From contig CAZBBK010000047.1 in the NCBI GenBank assembly GCA_964490075.1, forward strand, positions 1 through 43,154: a DNA stretch of 43,154 nt, given 5' to 3'. A model generated the notes under the pieces. The model was not told the origin of the DNA, searched no databases, and was given only the letters and a program-made list of their open reading frames with translations. The position numbers and the translations under genes are program-made. Shown here piece after piece: positions 1-9,858 of the stretch. The DNA is from an uncultured Gemmatimonadota bacterium. GTDB lineage: Bacteria; GCA-2686955. Each line of letters opens with the position of its first letter. The stretch's first letter is position 1.

Positions 1-1
1 C

Positions 2-3000
2 GGCCTCTTTCAGCTCTTCGCGAGCGACGTGCAGGGCGCCTGCGATCTGGCGCTGATCGCTCGCCGCATCGCCGAGCTGGCGCTCGGTCCCGGCCTCTGC
101 GCCCAGGACGGCCACCTCACCAGCCACACTCTCGAGACGATCCGGCTGCCGGAGCCGGAGCTGATCGCCGAGTTTCTGGGCGATCCGGCCGACGAGATCG
201 ATGCACCCACGCCGGCACAGCGCCTGGTCTTCGGCGACACTCGACGGCGCATTCCCGAGCTTTTCGACGTCGACCATCCGGCACTGATCGGCGCGCTGCA
301 GAGGCCCGACACCTTTCAGCAGGGGGTCGCGGCACAGCGCCCCTTCTACTTCGATCACCTGGCCGAGCTGGCCGATCGCGCCTTCGACGAGTACGCGGCG
401 CTGAGCGGGCGCCGTTATGCCCGCGCGCGCGGGATCGATGTCGAGGGTGCCGACTACCTGGTCGTGGGCCAGGGCTCGGTGGTGGGCGATGCGCATGCCT
501 GCGCGCGTCATCTGCGCGAATCGCGCGCCCTCGGCGTGGGCGTCGTCGACCTGACCATGTTCCGGCCCTTCCCCGCCGATCTCCTGGTGGCGTTGCTGCG
601 CGGGCGCAAGGGCGTGCTGGTGCTGGAGCGGGTCGACCAGCCGCTGGCGGTCGATCCGCCCATCGCGCGCGAGATCCGCGCCGCCCTCGGCAAGGCGCTG
701 GAGAACGCGGCGAGCGGAAGCGCGCCGCCCCACGAGGGTCTGGGCGCCATTGCCGCCGCCGAGCTGCCGGCTCTCTACTCGGGCTGCTACGGACTCGGCG
801 GGCGCCCCCTGGGCAGCGGCGACCTGGTCGCGGCGATCGAGAACATGCTGCCCGGCGCCGCCGGCAAGCGACACTTCTACCTCGGGATCGACTTCGTGCG
901 CCCCGAGACCCGACTGCCCAAGCTGCAGATCTGGCAGGACAGGCTGCTCGAGCACTACCCGCAGCTCGGCGACCTGGCCCTGCCGCCCGCGGCGCCGGTC
1001 GACCTGCGACCGGCGGGCAGCTGGACGCTGCGCATCCACTCGATCGGCGGCTGGGACGTGGTCGGTGCCGGCCGCCGCATCGCGTCCACGGTCGCCGAGC
1101 TGGGGGAGCTGTGGGTGCGGGCGACGCCCGATCTGGGCGCCGAGAAGAGCGGCCAGCCGACCACCTTCCACCTGCTCTTCGCCGAGCGGCCGAGCGGGCA
1201 GCGCTGTGAGCACCAGCCGGTCGCGCTGGCCCTGGTCTTCGATCCCCTCTCTTTCCGCCACGGCGATCCGGCGGCCGGGATCGAGGAGGGTGGGACCCTG
1301 CTGCAGCAGAGCGAGCTCGAAGGGGCCGAGCTCTGGCGCAGCTTCTCGGCGGGGGCGCAACGCCGGATCAAGAGCCGCCGGTTGCGGGTGATCGCCCTGG
1401 ACGCCCGGCAGATCGCCGGCTCCGAGAGCGACGCACCGGCCTCGCTGCGGCGCCTGCACTCGGTCGCCTTCCTGGGCGCCCTGCTCCGCCATGGCGGCCT
1501 GATGGAGCGCAAGGGGCTCGACGAAGCCGCGCTCTTCGACGCCGTCCACGCGCGCCTCGCGGCCGAGCTGGAGGGTGCCGGCGAGGAGCGGATCGAGGCC
1601 CATCTGCGCGCTTTCCGCCGCGGCTACCAGGAGGGCAAGGAGCTGCACTTCGAGGAGCTGCAGAGCCACGATCCGGAGCCGGCCGAGATCCCGGCGATTC
1701 CGGACAACCTGCGCTTGAGCCCCGCGCGCTCCGGCCCGGCCGATCCCGGTCGCTTCTGGGAGCAGGTCGGCTACCTGCACCGCAGCGGCGACGATCCCCT
1801 CGCCGATCCCATCACCGCCACCGCGGTGCTCCCCGCCGCCACCAGCACGTTGCGCGATCTGAGCGAGGTTCGGCTGGAAGTGCCGCGCTTCGAGCCTGCC
1901 CGCTGCAGCGGCTGCGGAGAGTGCTGGACCCAGTGTCCGGACAGCGCCATTCCCGGCGTGGTCAGCAGCGTGGAGCAGGTGCTGGAGGCGGCGATCGCCT
2001 CGCTCGAGGGCTCTTTCGACCGCCTGCGACAGATCGTCAAGCACCTCGGCCGCGAATGCCGCAAGATCCTGAAGGGAGCCGAGGCTCCGAGCTTCCCCGA
2101 GACCCTCGACCAGGCCTACGAAAAGGTCGCGGAGAAGGTCGCCGGCGATGCCGAGCGGCGCGCCGAGCTGGACCAGGAGTACGGCGCGCTGCGCGCGGCG
2201 CTGGCCGACTTCCCGCTGGCCCGCACCGAGCCCTTCTTCGTCGAGCCGGAGCAGCGTTCCAAGGGCAGCGGAGGGTTGCTCTCGGTCACGGTCGACCCGC
2301 GCACCTGCACCGGCTGCAATCTCTGTGTCGAGGTCTGCCCCGAGGCGGCGCTCCGCGCGGTGCCCCAGACCGACGCCGAGCTGCGGATCCTGCGCCGCAA
2401 CTGGAGCGTCTGGGAGCAGCTTCCGGAAACCGACGAGCAATACCTGGGCGGCGACGATCGCGACGCCGGCATCGGCGTGCTGCCGACCCTGCTGCTCAAG
2501 AAGAGCTACTACCACTCGATGCTCGGCGGCGACGGCGCCTGCATGGGATGCGGCGAAAAGACCGGCCTGCACCTGGTGCTGGCCGCGGTGCAGGCGGTGA
2601 TGGGGCCGAAGGTGGCTGCGCTGCTGCGCGAGATCGACGAGCTGTGCGCGTCCCTGGATCAGAAGGCGCGCGGCCTGCTGGCCTCGGATACCGATCTGGA
2701 GAGGGTGGCCGCGAACGATTCCGCGCTGCAGATCGATGGCGACACCCGGGCGCGGATCGAGCGCATCCTGGGCCTGATCCGCGCGCTCGAGGACTTGAAG
2801 TGGCGCTACCGCGAGGGACCGGGCGGACGCGGTCGGGCGCAGGCCGCCTTCGCCAACGCGTCCGGCTGCTCCTCGGCCTGGGGCTCGACCTATCCCTTCA
2901 ATCCCTATCCCTTCCCCTGGACCCACCATCTGCTGCAGGACGCGCCCTCGATCGCGATCGGGCTCTTCGAGGGCCAGATGCGCAAGATGGCCGAAGGCTT

Positions 3001-4486
3001 CGCCACCCTGCGCCGGGCCCGGCTGGAGCTGGACGAGGGCTACGATCCGCACGCCGAGGAGGCCTTCTTCGCGAGCTTCGACTGGCGACAGTTCACGGAC
3101 GAGGAGCTGGCGCTCTGTCCGCCGCTCTTCGCGGTCGGCGGAAGCGCCGCCTTCAGCGACGCCGGCCTGCAAAATCTGTCGCGGCTGCTGGCCTCCGGGC
3201 GGCCGATCCGAGCAGTCGTGCTCGACACCCGGGCTCAGGGTGAGAGCGCCGGCGCGGCCTGCGCTCTGGGTTTCCAGGGGCAGCTCAGCGACTCCGCCAC
3301 TTTCCCCGGCGCCCACCGCGGCACTGAAGAGATGCACAAAGAGCTGGCGCTGATCGCCATGGCCCATCGTGGTGCCTTCGTGCTGCAATCGACGCAGGCT
3401 CATGCCGCCCATCTCTTCGACGGCGTGATGCACGGCCTGGAGTCGCGCCGGCCCGCGCTCTTTCTGCTCTACGCTCCCTGCCCGCCCGAGCACGGCATCG
3501 GCGACGATTCGGCCCACCGGGCGGCGCGCCTGGCGGCCGAGAGCCGCGCCTTCCCCTTGCTGCGTTTCGATCCCGACCGCGGCCCGGCGCTCGCCGAAAG
3601 CCTGAGCCTGGACGGCAATCCCGCCCCCGACGCCCTCTGGCCGACCCGCGAGCTGAGCTTCGTGAACGACCGGGGCGAGACCGAGACCGAGAGCCTGCCG
3701 ATCACGGTCGCCGACTGGGCGGCCACCGAGGCCCGCTTCGCGGATCAGTTCCAGGTCGTGGGCGACGACTCGAGCGGCGAGTGGATCCCCTTCCACGACT
3801 ACCTGGAGCGTCCGCCGCGCGAGCGCGTGGGTGCGACCCCCTTCATCAGGGCACTCGACGACCAGCGACACTTGCGGCGGCTGGCGGTCTCCGAGCGGAT
3901 CGTTGCTCTGGGCGAGGAGCGCCGGCTCTTCTGGTCGCAGCTGCGGCAGATGGCGGGAATCGAGCTGCCCGATGCGCTGCGCGCACGTCTGCAGGACGAG
4001 CTGCGGGAGCAGTACGAGCAGAAGATCGCGCAGCTGCGCGCCACCTATCCCGCGCTCATCGCCACCCGCATGGCCGAGGCATTGATCGGCTCGGCAGCGG
4101 GTCGCGCGCCGACCGCCGCGGCGCCGGTCGATGGAGAGGCGCTGATGCGAGCGGCCGCCGCCGTCGCGGCCCCGACCCCGGCCCCGGTCGCCACGAAGGC
4201 GCCGCCCGCCCCGGAGGAGGAAGACGACGACGATTTCGGCCTCGACCCCTACATCGATTCGATCCGGTGCACGGCGTGCAACGAGTGCACCAACCTCAAC
4301 CGCAAGATGTTCGTCTACAACGACAAGAAGCAGGCGATCATCGCCGATGCCGGAGCCGGCTCGTTCAAGGACCTGGTGAGCGCGGCGGAGAAATGCCCGG
4401 TGCGGATCATTCATCCCGGAACTCCCCTGAATCCCGACGAGCCCGATCTCGAGAAGTGGATCCAGCGGGCCGAGCCGTTCAACTAG
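2..4486 (+). CDS. Large fused PFOR-like 2-oxoacid:ferredoxin oxidoreductase family protein (5'-truncated), degenerate TPP site, C-terminal ferredoxin domain
   Basis: Frame is open from base 2 (GLFQLFASDVQGACDLALIARRIAEL...QDGHLTSH). Shows FRPFP, 4Fe-4S motifs CSGCGECWTQCP and CTGCNLCVEVCP, proximal-cluster motifs GACMGCGEK, GCSSAWG and CPPEHG, and C-terminal CTACNEC...CP after an Ala/Pro linker. Confidence 0.9.
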   Translation, partial: GLFQLFASDVQGACDLALIARRIAELALGPGLCAQDGHLTSHTLETIRLPEPELIAEFLGDPADEIDAPTPAQRLVFGDTRRRIPELFDVDHPALIGALQRPDTFQQGVAAQRPFYFDHLAELADRAFDEYAALSGRRYARARGIDVEGADYLVVGQGSVVGDAHACARHLRESRALGVGVVDLTMFRPFPADLLVALLRGRKGVLVLERVDQPLAVDPPIAREIRAALGKALENAASGSAPPHEGLGAIAAAELPALYSGCYGLGGRPLGSGDLVAAIENMLPGAAGKRHFYLGIDFVRPETRLPKLQIWQDRLLEHYPQLGDLALPPAAPVDLRPAGSWTLRIHSIGGWDVVGAGRRIASTVAELGELWVRATPDLGAEKSGQPTTFHLLFAERPSGQRCEHQPVALALVFDPLSFRHGDPAAGIEEGGTLLQQSELEGAELWRSFSAGAQRRIKSRRLRVIALDARQIAGSESDAPASLRRLHSVAFLGALLRHGGLMERKGLDEAALFDAVHARLAAELEGAGEERIEAHLRAFRRGYQEGKELHFEELQSHDPEPAEIPAIPDNLRLSPARSGPADPGRFWEQVGYLHRSGDDPLADPITATAVLPAATSTLRDLSEVRLEVPRFEPARCSGCGECWTQCPDSAIPGVVSSVEQVLEAAIASLEGSFDRLRQIVKHLGRECRKILKGAEAPSFPETLDQAYEKVAEKVAGDAERRAELDQEYGALRAALADFPLARTEPFFVEPEQRSKGSGGLLSVTVDPRTCTGCNLCVEVCPEAALRAVPQTDAELRILRRNWSVWEQLPETDEQYLGGDDRDAGIGVLPTLLLKKSYYHSMLGGDGACMGCGEKTGLHLVLAAVQAVMGPKVAALLREIDELCASLDQKARGLLASDTDLERVAANDSALQIDGDTRARIERILGLIRALEDLKWRYREGPGGRGRAQAAFANASGCSSAWGSTYPFNPYPFPWTHHLLQDAPSIAIGLFEGQMRKMAEGFATLRRARLELDEGYDPHAEEAFFASFDWRQFTDEELALCPPLFAVGGSAAFSDAGLQNLSRLLASGRPIRAVVLDTRAQGESAGAACALGFQGQLSDSATFPGAHRGTEEMHKELALIAMAHRGAFVLQSTQAHAAHLFDGVMHGLESRRPALFLLYAPCPPEHGIGDDSAHRAARLAAESRAFPLLRFDPDRGPALAESLSLDGNPAPDALWPTRELSFVNDRGETETESLPITVADWAATEARFADQFQVVGDDSSGEWIPFHDYLERPPRERVGATPFIRALDDQRHLRRLAVSERIVALGEERRLFWSQLRQMAGIELPDALRARLQDELREQYEQKIAQLRATYPALIATRMAEALIGSAAGRAPTAAAPVDGEALMRAAAAVAAPTPAPVATKAPPAPEEEDDDDFGLDPYIDSIRCTACNECTNLNRKMFVYNDKKQAIIADAGAGSFKDLVSAAEKCPVRIIHPGTPLNPDEPDLEKWIQRAEPFN

Positions 4487-4500
4487 GGAAGCGCACGATC

Positions 4501-5844
4501 ATGTCGTTGCACACACTCCAGTCGATGGCCGCGACCTTCCGACACGGCGTCCACCCGCCCGAGTCGAAGCATGCGACCGCCGGACTCGGGGTGCGGCGCA
4601 TGCCCTATCCGAGCGAAATCGTGCTGCCGATGCGCCAGCACACCGGCAGCCCGGCGAGGCCGATCGTGAGCGCCGGCGAGCGCGTGGAGCGCGGCGACAA
4701 AATCGCCGAAGCCACCGGCTGGGTCTCGGTGCCGATGCACGCCTCCGCCGCCGGCACGGTGAGCGCGCTGGAGCTCTGTCCCCATCCCGACGGAAGCTAC
4801 GCCGAGGCCGCGCGCATCGCCGTCGACCCCTTCTCGGCGCAGGACCAGCGCCGCCGCATCCTTCCCGAATGGAGCGAGCTCACTCCCAAAGAGCTGGTGG
4901 CGGCGGTGCGCGAAGCGGGACTGGTCGGCCTCGGAGGGGCGGCCTTCCCCACCCACGTGAAGCTGACCCCGCCCGAGGATCAGCCGCTCGATGTGTTGCT
5001 GCTGAACGGCTGCGAGTGCGAGCCCTACCTGACCACCGACCACCGCACCATGGTCGACTTCCCGGAGCGGGTGCTGCTCGGCACCCGCATCATGATGCGC
5101 TGCCTGGGAGTCGAGCGCTGCCTGATCGGCATCGAGAACAACAAACCCGATGCGATCGAGGCGCTGCGCGCGCGGCTGCCCGACGATCTCGATCTGGCGG
5201 TGGTGGGGCTCAGCGTCAAGTACCCGCAGGGCGCCGAGAAGATGCTGATCAAGGCCGTGCTCGACCGCGAGGTGCCGAGCGGCGGGCTGCCGATGAACGT
5301 CGGCGCGGTGGTGCAAAACGTCGCTTCGGTGGCGACCATCGCCGAGGTTTTCGAGACCGGGCTGCCGCTCCTGGAACGGATCGTCACCGTCACCGGTCCC
5401 GGGGTCGCGGAGCCGGCCAATCTGATCGTGCCGGTCGGTACCAAGATCGGTGACCTGCTCGATGCCTGCGGCGGCCTGCGCGACGACGCCCGCGAAATCG
5501 TTGCCGGCGGGCCGATGATGGGGATCGCCCAGCGCAGTCTGGAGGCGCCGGTGCTCAAGGGCACCAGCGGCATCGTGGTGCTGACCGAGGAGGAGTGCCG
5601 GCGCCGCCGCCGCCATCCCTGCATCCGTTGCGGCAGCTGTCTCGATGCCTGTCCGGTCTACCTCAACCCGCAGCTCCTGGGGCGCCTGGCCGACAAGGCG
5701 CGCTATCAAGAGATGAACGAGCATCACCTCGCCGATTGCATGCTCTGCGGCTGCTGTTCCTATGTCTGTCCTTCCAACATCCCCTTGAGCCAGCTCTTCC
5801 AGCTCAGCAAGGGAGCCCTGCGGCGCACACAGGGGGCGGCATGA
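4501..5844 (+). CDS. rnfC: Rnf complex subunit C
   Basis: FRHGVHPP, GLVGLGGAAFPTHVK, NGCECEPYLTTD, KYPQGAEK, GGPMMG and two CxxCxxCxxxCP motifs. Start placed at ATG 4501 (4525 possible). Confidence 0.95.
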   Translation: MSLHTLQSMAATFRHGVHPPESKHATAGLGVRRMPYPSEIVLPMRQHTGSPARPIVSAGERVERGDKIAEATGWVSVPMHASAAGTVSALELCPHPDGSYAEAARIAVDPFSAQDQRRRILPEWSELTPKELVAAVREAGLVGLGGAAFPTHVKLTPPEDQPLDVLLLNGCECEPYLTTDHRTMVDFPERVLLGTRIMMRCLGVERCLIGIENNKPDAIEALRARLPDDLDLAVVGLSVKYPQGAEKMLIKAVLDREVPSGGLPMNVGAVVQNVASVATIAEVFETGLPLLERIVTVTGPGVAEPANLIVPVGTKIGDLLDACGGLRDDAREIVAGGPMMGIAQRSLEAPVLKGTSGIVVLTEEECRRRRRHPCIRCGSCLDACPVYLNPQLLGRLADKARYQEMNEHHLADCMLCGCCSYVCPSNIPLSQLFQLSKGALRRTQGAA

Positions 5845-6845
5845 GCACACCCGGACTCCTGGTCTCGGCCTCGCCCCACCTGAGCGCCAGGGCAACCACG
5901 CCGGCCATCATGTGGAATGTGGTGGGAAGCCTGGTGCCGGTGCTCTGCATGGCCTTCTACCTCTTCGGAATCAGCGCCTTGCTGGTGACCGCCGCGGCCA
6001 CCGCGGGGGCGTTGCTACCGGAGCGGATCTGGGGGACCAAGGGATCGCTGGGAGACGGCTCGGCGGTGATTACCGGGGTGCTCTTGGCGCTCACTCTGCC
6101 GCCCGGAATCCCGCTCTGGATGGCCTTCACGGGCGGCTTCTTCGGCATCGCCTGCGGCAAGCTGGTGTTCGGCGGATTGGGCATGAATCCCTTCAACCCG
6201 GCGCTGCTCGGACGGGCCTTTCTGCAGGCCGCTTTTCCAGTGGCGCTGACCACCTGGCCGGTGCCGGGCGGTTCCTGGTGGAGCCTCAAGGGCGACAATC
6301 TGGCGTGGCCGCTGATGACGGGACATGCGCCCGACGCGATCACCGCCCCCACACCACTGGGACTGATGAAGTTCGAGCATCAAGCGACATCGTTCGCAGA
6401 GCTCTTCGCCGGCACCACCGGCGGCACTCTGGGCGAGACCTCGGCCTGTGTGATCCTGATCTGCGGCGCCTATCTCGCGGTGCGGCGCTTCCTGGAGTGG
6501 CGCATCCCGGCCAGCATCCTGGCCACGGTGGCGCTGCTCAGCGCTCTGCTCTTCCTGGTCGATGCCGCCCGTTACCCCAGCCCGCTCTTCATGCTCGGCT
6601 CCGGCGGTCTGATGCTGGGGGCGGTCTACATGGCCACCGACATGGTGACTTCGCCGACCACCCGCGCCGGCTGCTGGATTTTCGGGGTCGGCATCGGGAT
6701 CCTGGTGGTGATCATCCGTCTCTGGGGCGGTCTCGCCGAAGGGGTGATGTACGCCATTTTGCTGATGAACGCGGCGGTGCCCTTCATCAACCGCTGGACC
6801 CAGCCGCGGGTGTTCGGCACCGGCAAGGTGGAGGTCCGCTCGTGA
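5841..6845 (+). CDS. rnfD: Rnf complex subunit D
   Basis: SPHL, FGGLGMNPFNPAL, flavinylation-site-like DAITAPTPL, MATDMVTSP; ATGA overlap with the rnfC stop. Confidence 0.95.
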   Translation: MSTPGLLVSASPHLSARATTPAIMWNVVGSLVPVLCMAFYLFGISALLVTAAATAGALLPERIWGTKGSLGDGSAVITGVLLALTLPPGIPLWMAFTGGFFGIACGKLVFGGLGMNPFNPALLGRAFLQAAFPVALTTWPVPGGSWWSLKGDNLAWPLMTGHAPDAITAPTPLGLMKFEHQATSFAELFAGTTGGTLGETSACVILICGAYLAVRRFLEWRIPASILATVALLSALLFLVDAARYPSPLFMLGSGGLMLGAVYMATDMVTSPTTRAGCWIFGVGIGILVVIIRLWGGLAEGVMYAILLMNAAVPFINRWTQPRVFGTGKVEVRS

Positions 6846-7498
6846 GCGCCCCACAGGCGGTGGCGACGCGCGTCGAGGCACCTTCCTGGCGCCTGATCGC
6901 CACGCTCGGCATCGCCGGCGCCGCGGCCGGCCTCTTGCTGGTCTTCGTGTTCAACGCCACTCAGCCCAGGATCGAGGCATACAAGGAGAAGATGCTCTCG
7001 CTGGCGATCGCCGAGGTGCTCGGCGATCCCCACCGGGTCGAGACCTTCTTTCTGCTCGATGGCGAGCTGGCGTCGGAGCTGCCGCCGGGAGTCGACGCCC
7101 GGCGCACCGAGCGGGTCTTCCTGGGAAGCGATCGGGAGGGAGGGCGGATCGGTTACGCCATTCTTGCGGCGCAGCCAGGCTTCCAGGATGTGATCAAATT
7201 GATCTTCGGATACGACCCCGATGAGTCACGGGTCCTCGGCATGAAAGTGCTGGAGAGCAAAGAAACGCCCGGTCTCGGCGACAAGATCGAGAAAGACCTG
7301 AGCTTCGTGGAGCAGTTCGGCGGGGCTTCCGCGCCGCTGGTCGGTGTCAAGCCCGGTCAGGGCGATGGCGGGGCCGACCAGATCGACATGATCACCGGCG
7401 CCACCATCTCCTCGCGGGCGGTGATCAAGATCATCAACGAGGGCATCGCTCGCTGGAGTCCCTTGCTGCGCGCCCAGGCGGCGGAGGAGGGGCGATGA
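6842..7498 (+). CDS. rnfG: Rnf complex subunit G (FMN-binding)
   Basis: N-terminal TM helix, ETPGLGDKI, DMITGATISS flavinylation motif; GTGA overlap with the rnfD stop. Confidence 0.93.
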   Translation: MSAPQAVATRVEAPSWRLIATLGIAGAAAGLLLVFVFNATQPRIEAYKEKMLSLAIAEVLGDPHRVETFFLLDGELASELPPGVDARRTERVFLGSDREGGRIGYAILAAQPGFQDVIKLIFGYDPDESRVLGMKVLESKETPGLGDKIEKDLSFVEQFGGASAPLVGVKPGQGDGGADQIDMITGATISSRAVIKIINEGIARWSPLLRAQAAEEGR

Positions 7499-8112
7499 AG
7501 CAGACGACTCCGAACGAGGATTTCCTGCGTGGGATCTGGAAGGAGAATCCGGTCCTGATCCACATGCTGGGGCTGTGCCCCGCTCTGGCGGTGACCAACA
7601 CGGTCGAGAACAGCCTCGCCATGGGGATCGCCACCTTCTTCGTGCTGGTCGGATCGAGTTTTTTGGTGTCGCTCTTGCGCAAGCTGATTCCCCACGAGGT
7701 GCGGATCTCGACCTACATCCTGATCATCGCCACCTTCGTCACCGTGGCCGACATGAGTCTCGAGGCGCTGGTGCCGACGATCCATAAGGCGCTCGGAGCC
7801 TTCATCGCCCTGATCGTCGTCAACTGCATGATCTTGGGCCGTCAGGAGGCGTTCGCCTCCAAAAACTCTGTCGGTCGCTCGCTGCTCGACGCCGTCGGCA
7901 CCGGCTTCGGCTTCATCATCGCGCTGCTCCTGATGGGCGCGGTGCGCGAGGTGCTGGGCAGCGGCTCGCTGCTCGGCTTCCCCCTCTTCGGGCCGAGCTT
8001 CGAGCCCTGGATCGTGATGATCTTGCCGCCCGGCGGCTTTCTGACCTTGGGAGTGTTGCTGCTGGCCTTGAATGCGTGGCAGCGGCGCGCGCCACGGGAA
8101 AGGACGGCCTGA
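7495..8112 (+). CDS. rnfE: Rnf complex subunit E
   Basis: ENPVLIHMLGLCPALAVT, LIVVNCMILGR, ILPPGGF. Confidence 0.95.
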   Translation: MKQTTPNEDFLRGIWKENPVLIHMLGLCPALAVTNTVENSLAMGIATFFVLVGSSFLVSLLRKLIPHEVRISTYILIIATFVTVADMSLEALVPTIHKALGAFIALIVVNCMILGRQEAFASKNSVGRSLLDAVGTGFGFIIALLLMGAVREVLGSGSLLGFPLFGPSFEPWIVMILPPGGFLTLGVLLLALNAWQRRAPRERTA

Positions 8113-8690
8113 TGGGCGAGCTTCTCTGGATCCTGATCTCGGCGATGGTGGTGAACAACTTCACCCTCTCGCTCTTTCTGGGGCTGTGCCCCTTCATGGG
8201 GGTTTCGGCGCGCATCGACACCGCCTTGCGCATGGGGGCGGCCAATATCTTCGTACTCACCATCACCTCGATCTGCGCCTGGTTCCTGAACACTTTCGTG
8301 CTGGCCTACGCTCCCTACCTGCGGCTGATCTCGTTCATCGTGGTGATCGCGTCGCTCGTGCAGATCGTCGAGATGATCATCAAGAAGGTCAGTCCCACGC
8401 TCTTCCGCCAGCTCGGCATCTACCTGCCGCTGATCACCACCAATTGCGCCATCCTGGGTCTGGCGATCTTCCAGACCAATCGTGGCTACGGGTTTTTCCA
8501 GGGCCTCTTCTTCGCCATTGGCGCCGGGCTCGGTCTCACGCTGGCGTTGGTGCTGATGGCCTCGATCCGCGAGACCACCGAGCTGGTCGAGGTGCCCGAC
8601 GTGGCCCGCGGCACCGCGCTGACGATGATCATCGCCGGAAGTTTGTCGCTGGCGTTCATGGGCTTCGCGGGATTGTTGAGCACCACATGA
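8112..8690 (+). CDS. rnfA: Rnf complex subunit A
   Basis: NNFTLSLFLGLCPFMGVS, LGIYLPLITTNCAILG, LSLAFMGFAG; TGATG overlap with rnfE. Confidence 0.95.
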   Translation: MGELLWILISAMVVNNFTLSLFLGLCPFMGVSARIDTALRMGAANIFVLTITSICAWFLNTFVLAYAPYLRLISFIVVIASLVQIVEMIIKKVSPTLFRQLGIYLPLITTNCAILGLAIFQTNRGYGFFQGLFFAIGAGLGLTLALVLMASIRETTELVEVPDVARGTALTMIIAGSLSLAFMGFAGLLSTT

Positions 8691-8836
8691 GGGAGCTGGC
8701 GACGATTGGGCTGCTGGCGTTGGCCTGCGTGGCCTTCGGTTTGCTCGGCCGGCGCCGGATGCGCTGTGAGTCGCATCCGAGTTGCGCCGAGTCGACCTGC
8801 GACGGATGCGATATCTTGGAGCCGAACGATGCTTGA
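8687..8836 (+). CDS. 49-aa single-TM, four-cysteine protein (NqrM-like architecture)
   Basis: ATGA overlap with the rnfA stop and overlap with the apbE start; MRELATIGLLALACVAFGLLGRRRMRCESHPSCAESTCDGCDILEPNDA. Confidence 0.7.
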   Translation: MRELATIGLLALACVAFGLLGRRRMRCESHPSCAESTCDGCDILEPNDA

Positions 8837-9821
8837 CGAGAGATCGGAGCGGAAGCGCGCCTGGTCGCGGCGACGTTTTCTGGCGCTGGGCGCGGGAGCG
8901 TTCGCGATCACCGCGCTGCCGGTGACGCTGCGCAGCTTTTCGCGAGGCAGCGCGCGGCTGATTCGCCGCACCTGTCCGGTGATGGGCACCCTGGCCGAGG
9001 TGGCCGTGGTCGAGGCGGATCGGCAGCGGGCGCAGCGGGCGATCGACGCGGCCTTCGAGCGGCTGCTCTTTGTCGATCGGAGCATGACGCGCTTCGATCC
9101 GGAATCCGAGATCGGGCGCGCCAACGCCGCCGCGGCCCGCCGCCCGGTGCGCGTCGGTAGCCACAGCGCGACGGTGCTGCGCGAAGCGCTGCGCTGGGCC
9201 CGCGGCACCGGGGGGACCTTCGATCCGGCGCTCGGCAAGGTGACCGAGATCTGGGACGTGGTCCATCGCCGCACCCCGCCCGAGGGGTCGGAGCTGGCGG
9301 AGTTGCGCGATCGTCGCTTCCACCGGGCTCTGGAGATCGAGGGCGAGCGCGTCCACTTCGCCGACCCCGAAGTCGCGATCGACCTCGGCGGGATCGCCAA
9401 GGGCTACGCGGTCGATCTGGCGATCGAGGCGCTGCGCGAGCAGGGCGTGCAGCGCGCCCTGGTCAACGTCGGCGGCGATCTACGTGCCATCGGCGTCTCC
9501 GAGGACGGCGATGCCTGGCGCATCGGGGTGCGCTCCGCGGCCGATCCGGGGCGTATCGCCCGCGATCTGACGATTCACGACCAGGCGGTGGCAACCTCCG
9601 GCGATTACCTGCGCTTCTTCGACAGCGGGGGGCGCCGTTATCATCACCTGCTCGATCCCTCCACCGCCGCGCCCCGAACCACCGAGCAGCACAGTTTGAC
9701 GATCGTGGCGCGCACCTGCATGGCGGCCGACGCCGCCGCGACCGCGGCCTTCGGGCGTTGCGCCGGCGGGGCTCTGCCGCCGGCGATCCGCGCCCTTGAG
9801 CCGAGCGCCAGGCTGGCCTGA
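8829..9821 (+). CDS. apbE: FAD:protein FMN transferase (flavinylation enzyme) with Tat signal
   Basis: SRRRFL twin-arginine signal; MGT, IDLGGIAKGYAVD, NVGGD, ATSGDY, YHHLLDP, ADAAATA; lies next to rnfD/rnfG substrates. Confidence 0.93.
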   Translation: MLDERSERKRAWSRRRFLALGAGAFAITALPVTLRSFSRGSARLIRRTCPVMGTLAEVAVVEADRQRAQRAIDAAFERLLFVDRSMTRFDPESEIGRANAAAARRPVRVGSHSATVLREALRWARGTGGTFDPALGKVTEIWDVVHRRTPPEGSELAELRDRRFHRALEIEGERVHFADPEVAIDLGGIAKGYAVDLAIEALREQGVQRALVNVGGDLRAIGVSEDGDAWRIGVRSAADPGRIARDLTIHDQAVATSGDYLRFFDSGGRRYHHLLDPSTAAPRTTEQHSLTIVARTCMAADAAATAAFGRCAGGALPPAIRALEPSARLA

Positions 9822-9858
9822 GCGCGGCTCTGGCAAGACATCGAAAGGAAGACCCCAG

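Noticed and set aside
3781-4500. Long N-terminal extension of RnfC in the ORF track
   Set aside because: It overlaps the PFOR-like gene in another frame; RnfC similarity begins only after ATG 4501.
6334-6360. RnfD flavinylation motif TAPT as a sign of inactivation
   Set aside because: The acceptor Thr and the TPL context are retained, and RnfD motifs are known to vary from SGAT/TGAT.
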